Of a stretch of DNA of 64,000 bases, positions 37,025 through 46,940 are shown piece after piece (positions within the stretch are counted from its first letter, which is position 1; every line of letters starts with the position of its first letter). The translations under genes and the position numbers were made by a program. Location: assembly GCA_043813075.1 (NCBI GenBank), contig JBDRLL010000003.1:54606-118605 (forward strand), read 5' to 3'. This DNA comes from Candidatus Altiarchaeota archaeon (lineage in GTDB: Archaea; Altiarchaeota; Altiarchaeia; IMC4; SCGC-AAA252-I15). The notes under the pieces were generated by a model that saw only the letters and a list, made by a program, of their open reading frames with translations, was not told the origin of the DNA and searched no databases.

Positions 37025-38344
37025 ATGGGTTCATGCACGCTGATACTAAACTACGGGAGATGCGGTTGGGGTTCATGCCTCTTCTGCGGCTATGGAAGGT
37101 CATCGGGCAGGAAGCCTGACGTCGACGCATTAAAGAGGGAATTCGACGACTTCTTCGGAAAGATGGGGGAGGACGCGGAAGAAGTGAAGGTGTTCAGTTC
37201 CGGAAGCTTCTTGGACGACAGGCAGATACCGGCGGAAGCCAGGAGACACTTCATAGGGAAATGCATGGAGAAGGATATAAGGAGGGTGACTATAGAATCC
37301 CGCCCGGAATACGTCACAAAAGAAAAGCTCGAAGAATTCGAGGGGGTGAAGGTCACCCTGGCGATAGGATTAGAGTCCGCGGACAACCAGGTTCTTGAAA
37401 GGATAAACAAGGGATTCAGGAGGGAGGACTATGAGAGGGCTGCGGACATTGTGAAAAAGTCAGGGGGTGATGTTAGGACATATCTGCTCGTGAACCCGCC
37501 ATACGTGAAGGATGTCTGTAAGAGCGTGGATGATTCCGTTGAATACGCGTTAAAACACTCTGACAGCATAGTCCTGATAAACCTCCTCCCACACAGTAAC
37601 GCGCCGCTATTCAAGAAATGGGTTGCAGGAGAATGGAGCTTCCTAGATAGGAGAGGATTCGATGAGGCGACAGCCCGGTGGGCTGACAACCCTAAAATCG
37701 AACTGGATTATGAGACATTCAAGTTCACGCCGCAATTCCCAGACCATATGAAGACGCCGATAAATGGCGTTGGGGAGGAGTATCTGACACACCCCTATTT
37801 CGAGGCCTGGCAGGACTATCTGGACAGGTTCTACCAGCCGTCTGAACGGAAGAAGACGCTGCTCCTCCTACCATGCAGCTACAGGAAACCGTACAGCGAG
37901 TCAAAGACCCACAAGGAGATAATAGGGGTTATCGGGGAAATCGGCGGGAGAGACCGCATACACGAAGTCATGCTCAGTAATGCGGGAGTCATACCAAGAG
38001 AATTCGAGGACAGATACCCCTTCAACGCATACGATTGGGATGAGAGCCTGGAGACGCCGGAGATAAGGAAGAGGTATGTGCAAGTCACGTCAGAGAGAAT
38101 AGCCAACTATTTAAGAGCGCACGGAAAAAGATATGACAGGAAGGCCTGCTACCTCCGGAGAGCGTCGGACTCCCATCAGGCAGTCGAGAAGGCGTTCAAA
38201 GAGCTTGGTATGGAATTCGACAACCTGCTTTCCCCAGAAACCGACGGCAAACTAGATGGCGGGACAAGCGGCCTTAGGAAGCCGGAAGCGCTAGATGATT
38301 TGAGGGAGGGTTTAAGACGGCTACTGCAAAATTCCACGCGATAG
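37025..38344 (+). CDS. fusion protein: RaSEA-like radical SAM domain + ArcS-type C-terminal (PC-X3-KPY-X2-S-X2-H) domain; archaeosine biosynthesis
   Basis: N-terminus CGWGSCLFCGYG with a radical-SAM/TIM-like region; C-terminus LLLLPCSYRKPYSESKTH matches the ArcS signature motif. Confidence 0.55.
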   Translation: MGSCTLILNYGRCGWGSCLFCGYGRSSGRKPDVDALKREFDDFFGKMGEDAEEVKVFSSGSFLDDRQIPAEARRHFIGKCMEKDIRRVTIESRPEYVTKEKLEEFEGVKVTLAIGLESADNQVLERINKGFRREDYERAADIVKKSGGDVRTYLLVNPPYVKDVCKSVDDSVEYALKHSDSIVLINLLPHSNAPLFKKWVAGEWSFLDRRGFDEATARWADNPKIELDYETFKFTPQFPDHMKTPINGVGEEYLTHPYFEAWQDYLDRFYQPSERKKTLLLLPCSYRKPYSESKTHKEIIGVIGEIGGRDRIHEVMLSNAGVIPREFEDRYPFNAYDWDESLETPEIRKRYVQVTSERIANYLRAHGKRYDRKACYLRRASDSHQAVEKAFKELGMEFDNLLSPETDGKLDGGTSGLRKPEALDDLREGLRRLLQNSTR

Positions 38345-38385
38345 GAGAGGCTTCACACTGGCTTCAGGTTAGGCTCCAGGAGGAA

Positions 38386-38772
38386 TTGCACGCCCACGGG
38401 CTGGAAGGCAGTGTCACACGGGCGGACGACAAGACTTTTGTCGTGGTCGTTGAGGGTGATGTTGAAGCCATAAGGAAGTTGTATAACGATGTTCACGCTG
38501 CGCTCGCTGACAACGTGAAGTTGAGTGATATCGTATTGTCAAAGACTGATCCGCCCAGGGATGTTGTGGAGGATCCGTTGAGGCAGGTTATTGATTCGGT
38601 GCAGAGGATGGAGCAGAGGATAATAAGGATAGAGAACAAGTTGAATGCGATACTCGCGCGTCTGGAGTCGGGAGGATTCAATGGGGGGAGTGATGAGTCC
38701 TATAGGGAGTATGGTTCTGGTGAGATTAGTGAAGAGTCGACGAACGCGTTTGCGAGCATGTTCGGGGACTGA
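38386..38772 (+). CDS. hypothetical protein (TTG start)
   Basis: 128-aa ORF starting at TTG; no motif recognised. Confidence 0.3.
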   Translation: MHAHGLEGSVTRADDKTFVVVVEGDVEAIRKLYNDVHAALADNVKLSDIVLSKTDPPRDVVEDPLRQVIDSVQRMEQRIIRIENKLNAILARLESGGFNGGSDESYREYGSGEISEESTNAFASMFGD

Positions 38773-38775
38773 CGC

Positions 38776-38970
38776 CTATAGGCTGGAGAGCTGGCGCTTA
38801 AGATGGGATATCTCCGTCTGGTATTGCTTAAGCTTGTGGGTTTTAGAGAGACGGCTTTCACTGCTGTTGCGGAGTTCATGAATCTTCTCCTGGTAGTCGG
38901 ATATCTTAGACTCTATATCAGTCTTCTGCTTATGCATTCGCTCGATAGCTGCTTTGGATAGTTTCGCCAT
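38776..38970 (-). CDS. small coiled-coil protein
   Basis: 64 aa, heptad-like, basic; preceded by the palindromic AT-rich promoter region. Confidence 0.3.
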   Translation of the reverse strand: MAKLSKAAIERMHKQKTDIESKISDYQEKIHELRNSSESRLSKTHKLKQYQTEISHLKRQLSSL

Positions 38971-39011
38971 CAGGTTATTTAATTAGATCCATGAGTAATA
39001 AAAGAGAAAAC

Positions 39012-39042
39012 TTATAATATAAAAACATATCTTATATTATAA
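39012..39042. promoter_or_regulatory. perfect 11-bp inverted repeat TTATAATATAA-N9-TTATATTATAA in an AT-rich intergenic region
   Basis: Arms 39012-39022 and 39032-39042 are exact reverse complements; located 42-72 nt upstream of the minus-strand start at 38970. Confidence 0.5.
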
Positions 39043-39066
39043 AAAAATTGTTTTTATTAGATAAGT

Positions 39067-39600
39067 TTATCTGGTCAGTAACTTCAGATGCCTGTCAACC
39101 CACTGATTCCTATCCTGTAGATACAAGATGACCTCAGCGAACTGGTCGTTAACATCAAAATAACGCAGGGTTATGCCATTATCCCTGTAAGGAACAAGTT
39201 CCGTTATCCGATAATGAGGGATGTATAATATGGACTCACCGCTGCTGGGAGGCTCCGCCAGAACACCAATGTTGGTCAAGTAGATGTCTGAACGAATGGG
39301 GTTTAACGGAAAATCCTGCTCTCCAATACTTACAAAAACAACATAGCTTGAATTCCCAGAAGACGTTAAGAGAACCTTCTCCTGCTCCGGGAAATACAGC
39401 TTCTTCTCCTGATTGAAATAATTGTAGAGACCGAAAATGGATAAAACACCAGCAAAAGCGCCAACAATCAGCGCGATAACACCCATATCCAACGCTGAAC
39501 CGAACACGTAGATGAAGAACACCAGGCAAGCCAATAGAGCCAGCATAATGACGCCTGAAAACCTGCCTGACATGAAATTCAAGTTCATTTTAAAACCCAA
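39067..39600 (-). CDS. membrane protein, unknown function
   Basis: 177 aa, two N-terminal TM helices then a soluble domain. Confidence 0.4.
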   Translation of the reverse strand: MGFKMNLNFMSGRFSGVIMLALLACLVFFIYVFGSALDMGVIALIVGAFAGVLSIFGLYNYFNQEKKLYFPEQEKVLLTSSGNSSYVVFVSIGEQDFPLNPIRSDIYLTNIGVLAEPPSSGESILYIPHYRITELVPYRDNGITLRYFDVNDQFAEVILYLQDRNQWVDRHLKLLTR

Positions 39601-39652
39601 AAAAACACCCTGAAAGCCTTATATATTAATTAAACAGTAGAATAAAAGAAAC

Positions 39653-40183
39653 ATGAGGATACTCTGGTGCGTGACTGGCGCAAGCCACCTGCTGGAGGAA
39701 ACCACCAGAATAATGCTTGAAACAGCCCAGAAGAACAAAGTAACTGCGGCATTCTCAAGGGCTGGGCTGGAAGTATCCAAGGTTTTCGGCGAATACGATA
39801 GGATGACTGCCGCGGCTGAAAAAACACTCTTCGAGGGGGAGGAGGGTGCGAGCTCGCCCATATGCATGAGCCTTGACTCCTATGGTCTGGTGGTAGTCGC
39901 ACCATGCACCGCTAACACGGCCGCAAAACTGGCGCACGGCATAGCGGACTCGCTTGTGACAAACATCGCAGCCCAGTCAATGAAGAGGGGTAAGGACATA
40001 CTGATACTCCCAACAGACTCTGAAGGGGAAGCGAGCTCGAAAACACTTTCAGGGAAAGAGATTAGGATTAGATGCAGGGGCGTTGACCTGGAGAACGTTG
40101 AAAGACTCGCTTCAGAGGGAGTAGTGGTGGTGAAGACGCCAGGCCAGCTCAGAGAAATGCTCGGCAGACATAAACGCCCTTAA
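39653..40183 (+). CDS. flavoprotein of the CoaC/AfpA (archaeal flavoprotein) family
   Basis: MRILWCVTGA..., VVVAPCTANTAAKLAHGIADSLV matches the PPC-decarboxylase/flavoprotein fold. Confidence 0.7.
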   Translation: MRILWCVTGASHLLEETTRIMLETAQKNKVTAAFSRAGLEVSKVFGEYDRMTAAAEKTLFEGEEGASSPICMSLDSYGLVVVAPCTANTAAKLAHGIADSLVTNIAAQSMKRGKDILILPTDSEGEASSKTLSGKEIRIRCRGVDLENVERLASEGVVVVKTPGQLREMLGRHKRP

Positions 40184-41082
40184 ACATTCCTCCTGGAATG
40201 CTTGGAGATGTCGTGGACGTAGTCCCTCAAACCGAAACCCAAGGCTATAGCCAGGCCGAGGGAGAAGCCTGCCATAAGAATCTTGAATGAATCAGTGAGG
40301 ACCGAGACGTCAACATCCTTTTTGAGTATCGGCAGCGCCAGGACGATGCCGAAGAACACTATAGTAACCTCGGTTATGAGCGCTAATATCTCCTTGAAGA
40401 CGACATTCCTCTGCCTGAGGGACTCTGACGCGTACTTTGAGAGGATGAGTGATATCACTATCAGGATGACTCCGGAAATCGCCTCCGGTATGTAGGACAG
40501 GAGACTTCCTATGAACGAGCCGATGAAGTTCAAGTCTAGCTTGATGGCTCCCTCACCCATGAACAAAAGCACTATGTACCATTTCAGGAGGCCTCCTGTA
40601 GCGCTTGCCAGTGATATGCCGCCCAACGCCCCGCCCACATTGTACTTCTTGAGCTTATCCTCAGTGCCCATCACATCCAACGCGTCTTTCACTATCTTCT
40701 CGACCACGCCGCCGATTATCAGGCCCAGTATAGTGAGCACTATGAACCAGAATAGGCTGGTCATGAAGTCGTATATTGTGAATGATATGCTCAAGCCAGT
40801 GGTCGTGAGTATCAATGCCACGACAAACCAGCGTATGTAGTGCTTTATGAAGGATCGTATGGAACCCCAAAGCTTTGAGGTCATCGCCCCATACCGGACA
40901 AACTGCCTTTCAAGCTCTTTGAGGGAGAACAAGGCTTCCACGAAGTTGGACACGATTAGGCCAACAACATAGCCTACAGTGAGGGTTATTATGGTCTGAA
41001 ACGCTATTAGAACGTACTTCATGAAGAAGCCGAACGCCTGAATCAGGTATGACGGGTCTATCTGTATGTCCATCTTGTACAA
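40180..41082 (-). CDS. polytopic membrane protein, unknown function
   Basis: 300 aa, ~6 TM helices; start codon overlaps the upstream gene. Confidence 0.45.
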   Translation of the reverse strand: MYKMDIQIDPSYLIQAFGFFMKYVLIAFQTIITLTVGYVVGLIVSNFVEALFSLKELERQFVRYGAMTSKLWGSIRSFIKHYIRWFVVALILTTTGLSISFTIYDFMTSLFWFIVLTILGLIIGGVVEKIVKDALDVMGTEDKLKKYNVGGALGGISLASATGGLLKWYIVLLFMGEGAIKLDLNFIGSFIGSLLSYIPEAISGVILIVISLILSKYASESLRQRNVVFKEILALITEVTIVFFGIVLALPILKKDVDVSVLTDSFKILMAGFSLGLAIALGFGLRDYVHDISKHSRRNV

Positions 41083-41144
41083 ATTGTTTGATGTTTAGTA
41101 AATAAGTATGCTGGCATATATAACGGCGAGTAAAACGCCATACG

Positions 41145-42611
41145 TCACACTGAATTATCCACGCCCTTAGACGGCTTAAATAGCAGGATAATGCGCAATA
41201 CGCGCAATAGAGGCTTCATCAAGGCATGGAACATTCTTGTTCTCCCGAACAGGAGGTGGGCTTTACCGCCGATTATCGCACGGTTTATCATCTTCCTGCC
41301 CACCGGGTTTTCATAGCTTGTCGCCAGGTTCTTCCTGAATATCCGCTTGTTGGACATACGTAGTACTTCTTCCGCTTTCTCTGTGTCGAAGCCTACCTTA
41401 CAGACGTATGACATGTGATCCCAGTAATCCAGGTCTGTTATGCCGACTTTCCCTTCCTCAAGGAATTCGTCCATAAGCCTGCCGTGGGGGGTGAACTTCT
41501 GGTAGACCACCATGCTGGGATTCACTTCGTCCATGAAGTCTGTCTTCTCGACTATCGAATCCATTGATTCCAGGGGAGAGCCGACTATCATGGAGGCTAT
41601 GACAAACACCCCGTTTTCAATCAGTATTGAGAACACCTCCTTGACTCGCAAGGCATCGTATCTCTTGCCGTAGTATCCCATTATCTCCTCGTTAACGTCC
41701 TCAATGCCGAAGAGTATGGCCTTCACCCCAGCCTCGCGAGCTAGGGGTATCAGGTCAGGGTGGCTTATGAACGTGTCGACCCTCGCCTGGATGCTCGCGT
41801 TGATATCCAGCTTCCGCTCTGAAATGAGTTGCAGCAGCCGCCTGGTCTTGGAGACGTCGCCGAAGAAGTTGTCGTCAGCGAACATCAGGTTTTTCACACC
41901 CATGCTCCGGGCATAGTATTCGATGTCTTCAGCCATGCGTTCGGGACTCCTTGTCCTGTATGGTGTGAAGAAGTCTTTTGAGGAGCAGAACAGGCATTTG
42001 TGGGGGCACCCCCGGGACCAGTCGACCAGTAGGAATGGTTTTTCACACCATACGAAGTCGTAGTCATTGACGTCTATCAGCCTGAAGTCCGGGCGGGGCA
42101 GGTCATCCAAGTCAACCGTATCCTGTCTCCCAGAGTATCTGACCGCGCCGTCCTCCAGATAGTAGACCCCCTTAACCAGGGAGACTGGCTTGCCTGAATC
42201 GATCGAGTCCACGAGGCTCTTGAAGACAAAGTCTCCCTCGCCGGAGACTATGTAGTCCATAACCCGGCCCTTGAGTAGTGATTCGAAGTCCCGGTCCCTG
42301 AAGAAGATGTAGCTGCCTCCTGCGACAATAACCATGGTGTCGTCGAGCTCACGCAACTCCCTTAAGAGCTTTAGTGATTTAGTGTATGAAACGGTGTGAA
42401 GCAGGCTTATGCCCAGCACCTGAGGCTTGAACTCCCTCACCGCGTCGAACAGGATGCTGTCACCGCAAGCAGTCAAGTCTATAAGACGCACTTCATGGTC
42501 AGGCTCAAGGATTGCGGCGATATACAGCAACCCTAGGGGCATCGCATTACCCAGAACTGATTCGACGTTAGAGTCGGGATTGACAAGTAAAACCCTCATC
42601 CTGGATAACAA
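41145..42611 (-). CDS. B12-binding domain radical SAM protein (class B), paralog 1
   Basis: N-terminal B12-binding Rossmann (RVLLVNP...MVIVAGG..YIVSGEGD) followed by SRGCPHKCLFC (CX3CX2C). Confidence 0.8.
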   Translation of the reverse strand: MLSRMRVLLVNPDSNVESVLGNAMPLGLLYIAAILEPDHEVRLIDLTACGDSILFDAVREFKPQVLGISLLHTVSYTKSLKLLRELRELDDTMVIVAGGSYIFFRDRDFESLLKGRVMDYIVSGEGDFVFKSLVDSIDSGKPVSLVKGVYYLEDGAVRYSGRQDTVDLDDLPRPDFRLIDVNDYDFVWCEKPFLLVDWSRGCPHKCLFCSSKDFFTPYRTRSPERMAEDIEYYARSMGVKNLMFADDNFFGDVSKTRRLLQLISERKLDINASIQARVDTFISHPDLIPLAREAGVKAILFGIEDVNEEIMGYYGKRYDALRVKEVFSILIENGVFVIASMIVGSPLESMDSIVEKTDFMDEVNPSMVVYQKFTPHGRLMDEFLEEGKVGITDLDYWDHMSYVCKVGFDTEKAEEVLRMSNKRIFRKNLATSYENPVGRKMINRAIIGGKAHLLFGRTRMFHALMKPLLRVLRIILLFKPSKGVDNSV

Positions 42612-44087
42612 TTATACTTTATCAAGGTATAAGCGCCTGGCCGCCCCCCATAATCTCCATTCCACAGGATGGTTGAAGTACCTCCGCCGCCACCTGGCTT
42701 CAGCTGAAATATTGAAGAGGTAGTGGAATACATCGTATGCAGCCACCATAAGACTGCTTCCCCCAAGCCACGCCTTCTTCACCTCCGGACCCCTGGAGGC
42801 CAGCCGCTCATGGAAGTGGGTGAAGCGGACTATGTTTGATATCGTATCCAACTGGGACTGGGCTTCCATGCTCATCCAGGGGAGACGCACGGAGTCGAAC
42901 CTCCATCCACCCCATTCTTCCAGGGAACCATGCACCATCATGCCCTGGGAGACCGCGGTTTCATGGATGGGCGTGCCAGGCTGGGGTATGAGCATCCATA
43001 GGTTACATACCTCCGTCCTAGGGTTCAGCCTCCTGAGCTCGTCCACCAGGCTGAGGGTCTTGGACAGGTCTCCTGGAGTCTCATCAGGCCAGCCGATGAT
43101 GAAGCTCACCATTGGCGTTATCCCATAGTCCCCGCACTTTCGGACAGAATCAGTTATCTGGCTGACTGTGATACCCTTCCCAATCCCGTCAAGTATCCTC
43201 TGGGAGCCTGACTCAGCGCCGAAAAACAGCGTCTCGCATCCGCTATCCCCCAGGAGTCTGGTGAACTCATCATCGTATCCGGAGAAATAGTCAGCCCTAT
43301 TATAGGCCATCCACTTCACGTCCCACCCCTCCCGTATTATCGCCGAGCAGATGCTCCGCATCCTCTCCTTGTCGACAAAGGAGTTGTCCTCCTGGAAGGT
43401 TATGCTGTTTGCGCCGACTTCTTCTATTATGTTCCTTAGCTCCTCCACCACAACCTCGGGTTTCTTCGCCCTCCAGCCGCCCTTGCTGTAGCAGTGGTTA
43501 AAGCAGAACGTGCAGTTGTGGGGGCATCCCCTGCTGGACTGGTAGGAGAAGTATTCCCTGCAGTCGATGTATTTACGCAAGTCCACCAGATCGTAGTGGA
43601 GGCTGCCTATGGCGTTCATGTCCGTGAAACCCCTCGGTGGGGTTGAGACGACAACCCCGTCTTTCTTGAATGCGATTCCGTTGACATCCTTTAGCGGACC
43701 CTCATCCCTGACAGTGTTGGCAAGCTCTATGATGGTTTCCTCGCCGTCACCACTGACGGCGATGTCGACGAGACTGCTGGCCGCAGTCTGCTCCGGCAGC
43801 ATCGTGGCGTGGGGCCCGCCCCATACTATCGGGATGTTTGGGTCTTCCTCGCGTATCATGCCTGCGACAGCGAGGCCGTGGCTTATCTGCGGCCCTGTCA
43901 TGGATGTTATGCCTGCCAGAAGATACTCGCCGTCGAGATGCTTGAGGTCTTGAATCCGTGTGTCCACGATTTTCGGGTCGTAACCAGCATTCCGGAGGAC
44001 TGTTCCAAGGTTTAGGAGCGGGAGCGGCATGTAGGGCGCCCTCTCTTTTTTTCCAGGGTATATCAGGAGTATTTTATCTGTCGCCAT
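42612..44087 (-). CDS. B12-binding domain radical SAM protein (class B), paralog 2
   Basis: DKILLIYPG..IVWGGPHATM..IAVSGDGE B12-binding domain, SSRGCPHNCTFC radical SAM; the start is moved to the internal MATDK Met (residue 44 of the ORF); contiguous with paralog 1. Confidence 0.8.
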   Translation of the reverse strand: MATDKILLIYPGKKERAPYMPLPLLNLGTVLRNAGYDPKIVDTRIQDLKHLDGEYLLAGITSMTGPQISHGLAVAGMIREEDPNIPIVWGGPHATMLPEQTAASSLVDIAVSGDGEETIIELANTVRDEGPLKDVNGIAFKKDGVVVSTPPRGFTDMNAIGSLHYDLVDLRKYIDCREYFSYQSSRGCPHNCTFCFNHCYSKGGWRAKKPEVVVEELRNIIEEVGANSITFQEDNSFVDKERMRSICSAIIREGWDVKWMAYNRADYFSGYDDEFTRLLGDSGCETLFFGAESGSQRILDGIGKGITVSQITDSVRKCGDYGITPMVSFIIGWPDETPGDLSKTLSLVDELRRLNPRTEVCNLWMLIPQPGTPIHETAVSQGMMVHGSLEEWGGWRFDSVRLPWMSMEAQSQLDTISNIVRFTHFHERLASRGPEVKKAWLGGSSLMVAAYDVFHYLFNISAEARWRRRYFNHPVEWRLWGAARRLYLDKV

Positions 44088-44127
44088 GCTTAATGTTTGA
44101 TGATTATTACAAGAGTACCATATAAAG
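44088..44127. promoter_or_regulatory. short divergent promoter region between B12-rSAM operon (minus) and Tes-like rSAM (plus)
   Basis: 40-nt AT-rich spacer (ttattacaagagtaccatataaag) between divergent starts. Confidence 0.35.
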
Positions 44128-45468
44128 ATGGAGTTGGGGAAAAGCAGGAGCCTCTGTCCCATATGCCTGAAGGAGATTGACGCGAGCATAATCCAGGATG
44201 ATGGGAGGGTGTTCATCTCTAGGGAGTGCGCTGCGCATGGATTGTTTGTTGACCCACACCTCTACGAGGATCCGGTCATATACAAGGCGCTCTCCAACAT
44301 GGACTGCGGCGGGGATGACGTCCTACCGGACACTCTAGTGTTCCACACTACACCAGCATGCAACATGGACTGCCAGTTCTGCCCTATACCAGGCGAGATG
44401 AGGTCTGGTGAAGGCCCTGAGATAGGTGAGATTATGGATGAGGTCTCCAGATTCCATGGGTCTACCATATTCCTGTGCGGGGGAGAGCCGACCATAAGGG
44501 GGGATTTGCCGGAGATAGTCGGGAAAATCTCAGGTGCAGGGAAGAATGTGCTGGTCTTCACCAACGGACTGAGACTAGCGGACAGGAAAAACGTGGATTC
44601 CCTCAAGGCCACAGGCCTGACCCAGGTCATACTCTCGTTCAGCACGTTTCAAGAGGAGAAGGACATTAAAGTCTACGGCTCCCGCGTCACTTCATTGAAG
44701 CTGAAGGCCTTGGAGAACCTGAAGGCCACGCTGACCCCGACCGGCTTCTCATTCCTAGTATTCAAGGACATTAACGAAGACGAGGTGGATAAGGTGATCG
44801 GATACGCGGTAGACAACCGGGAGTGGGTCAAGAGCATATGCTTTCAGGTGGTCTGGAGGCCTTCCGAAAGGGACTCCAGCATGGTGAAGCAGAAGGGGAT
44901 AATAGACCTTGTGCGAAAATCCGCTGGAATTGATGTTGAAGACTTCATAGAATGCACTGTCTTCGGCAGCACTGTGTCTGAGATTTTCAGGAGGATTACG
45001 GGCAGGGGTGGGCGCGTGTATTCCAGGTGCGAGCTAAGATGCCAGTCATGGGTGTCAGATGGACGACTTGTGCCATTATCCGGGATGATTGATTTGAAGA
45101 CTGTGAACGAATCGCTACGGAGAATTAACAGCCGCCTCAAGGGGTCAGCAGCCCGGAAGATTGGTGTGATGATCTTGTTTTTCCCTTACACAGAATTATT
45201 GAAGTCGTTCATATTCAACAGGGACTTCAGAAACTTCTGCCTTAGCAGGTTTTCAGGCATGCTCTCAGGTATAGTGCACGGCAGGATGTTCCGCGAGTCG
45301 TTGGGGAAGGACATGCTCGGATTCATGGTGGGGAGATATTATACCAGGTACAACATCGACTTGGGGTTGGCGGATACTTGCAGGTACTGCAGGTCTCCTG
45401 AGGGAAACGACATCTCATACTGCATATGCGATATGATAGGGTGGACTGAGAACAAGCAGACTGCTTGA
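44128..45468 (+). CDS. radical SAM protein, Tes/GDGT-MAS-like candidate (paralog A) with N-terminal Cys/His knuckle
   Basis: CPICLKEIDA...ECAAHG N-terminal motif; PACNMDCQFC (CX3CX2C); GGEPT glycine motif; ~445 aa. Confidence 0.55.
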   Translation: MELGKSRSLCPICLKEIDASIIQDDGRVFISRECAAHGLFVDPHLYEDPVIYKALSNMDCGGDDVLPDTLVFHTTPACNMDCQFCPIPGEMRSGEGPEIGEIMDEVSRFHGSTIFLCGGEPTIRGDLPEIVGKISGAGKNVLVFTNGLRLADRKNVDSLKATGLTQVILSFSTFQEEKDIKVYGSRVTSLKLKALENLKATLTPTGFSFLVFKDINEDEVDKVIGYAVDNREWVKSICFQVVWRPSERDSSMVKQKGIIDLVRKSAGIDVEDFIECTVFGSTVSEIFRRITGRGGRVYSRCELRCQSWVSDGRLVPLSGMIDLKTVNESLRRINSRLKGSAARKIGVMILFFPYTELLKSFIFNRDFRNFCLSRFSGMLSGIVHGRMFRESLGKDMLGFMVGRYYTRYNIDLGLADTCRYCRSPEGNDISYCICDMIGWTENKQTA

Positions 45469-45490
45469 TGAGCCGCTTGGTCCTGGTGAG

Positions 45491-46828
45491 TCATGGATTA
45501 TCTGATTCCCGCGACCGGAACACTTCCCTAAGGCAGAACGGAACGACTCTATCTCCCTCAAAGCCTCCGAGACTGCAGCAGGACATGAATTCATAATCCA
45601 CGTTTGACGCGTCAAAATACCTGTTAGCTATTATACTGCACACCTGAGGCAGCATCATTGTTATCGGATGGTCATTTTCCGCAATGATCTTCCATAATCC
45701 GGATGCGCTCGGCAGCATGAACAATATTGCGCGCGCGTCTCTGACGCTAGAGAGGAATGCGAGGATAGTCTTCACTAGGGCGCCTGCTTTCCCTGCTTTT
45801 CCATTGAAGTCTGTGCTAACGCTTATCTTGGATAGCCTTTCTGAGAGTGCCTGCATGTCCAGCAGATGGTTTAAAGGCGTTAGAGAATCCCCCATACGGA
45901 CTAGGTATAGCCGTAGGTAGCATGCTGAAACCCGCCTACCACCCCTCCCAGACATCTTTCGCATAAGCTGGCTGAAGCAGAAGCCGAACCTGGTGCACTC
46001 GAGGAAGTCTTCCAAGCAGGTTCCCAGATGCATGCATACCAGATCAGCGGACTTGCTTGCAGGCACTGAACGCCCCGCGTCATTCCCATTTGGATTCCAG
46101 TAGGATGAGAAAGCTAAACCCCTTATCCTACCCCTATGACGCCTCAAAAGTTCTATGAAGCCTGGAACCTGGTCCTCGTTTACGCCGTCCCGTAGGACAA
46201 CATTCAGGAAGACTGGTATGTCTAGTTGAAGTAGGTTTTTTAACGCCCCCATCTTCTTCCCGACCACTTCCTCGCCGTATAGCCGGATGCCCTGACCAGC
46301 ATCCAGTGTGTCCAATGAGAGCACTATCAGTGGCTTGTTTCTTGAGAATGAACTGGCATAATCCATGCTGCCCAGCCTAATCCCGTTGGTGAAGAATGAG
46401 GGATGATATCCCATAGACCTTAATTCACCTATTATCCCCGGCAGGTCGTCGCGCATGGTAGGCTCCCCGCCGAACAAGTATATTATGGAGCCGCCGAACC
46501 CAGCGGCAGTGGAGACTAATTCTTCCAGAGATATCGGATGTTCTTCCACCATGCCTTGAGGCTTAAAGCAGTCTGGGCAGTTCATGTTGCATAATCCGGT
46601 GACATCCAGAAAAGCAGTGTCCGGAGACCATTCACCGTCTTCAGGGTCGATGGCCAGGAGTGACTTCATTGACGCGTAGACTTGCTTGTCTTGGAAAACG
46701 TGCGGGCTCACTGAAGTGCCATGCTCCGGGCATTCCTGCCTTATGAACATTCTCCCGCCATCCTCGAAGACCGTTGCATCAACATCCCTCAAGCACTTCG
46801 GACAGATGCTCCGTGAATTTGATTCCAA
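45491..46828 (-). CDS. radical SAM protein, paralog B of 44128-45468
   Basis: CPKCLRDVDA...ECPEHG; GLCNMNCPDC (CX3CX2C); GGEPT; collinear similarity to paralogs A and C. Confidence 0.55.
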   Translation of the reverse strand: MESNSRSICPKCLRDVDATVFEDGGRMFIRQECPEHGTSVSPHVFQDKQVYASMKSLLAIDPEDGEWSPDTAFLDVTGLCNMNCPDCFKPQGMVEEHPISLEELVSTAAGFGGSIIYLFGGEPTMRDDLPGIIGELRSMGYHPSFFTNGIRLGSMDYASSFSRNKPLIVLSLDTLDAGQGIRLYGEEVVGKKMGALKNLLQLDIPVFLNVVLRDGVNEDQVPGFIELLRRHRGRIRGLAFSSYWNPNGNDAGRSVPASKSADLVCMHLGTCLEDFLECTRFGFCFSQLMRKMSGRGGRRVSACYLRLYLVRMGDSLTPLNHLLDMQALSERLSKISVSTDFNGKAGKAGALVKTILAFLSSVRDARAILFMLPSASGLWKIIAENDHPITMMLPQVCSIIANRYFDASNVDYEFMSCCSLGGFEGDRVVPFCLREVFRSRESDNP

Positions 46829-46940
46829 AAAAACCCCTCAAACACAGATTATGAGACAGGCAAGATATATTATTGTTAAGTTCTGATATTCAATAATATC
46901 AAGGGTGTACGCTAGTGCAAAGAATTTCCGAATGGTTTGA

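Noticed and set aside
38971-39066. AT-rich region with palindrome as a possible MITE or integration site
   Set aside because: Only 96 bp, no flanking direct repeats or tRNA gene. More simply a promoter/terminator region.
42612-44216. Annotated 534-aa ORF start for B12-rSAM paralog 2
   Set aside because: The first 43 codons (MNTLPSSWIMLASISF...) run into the divergent promoter and overlap the start of the plus-strand gene at 44128. The internal Met (MATDKILLIYPG) begins the B12-binding domain, so the start was moved to 44087.
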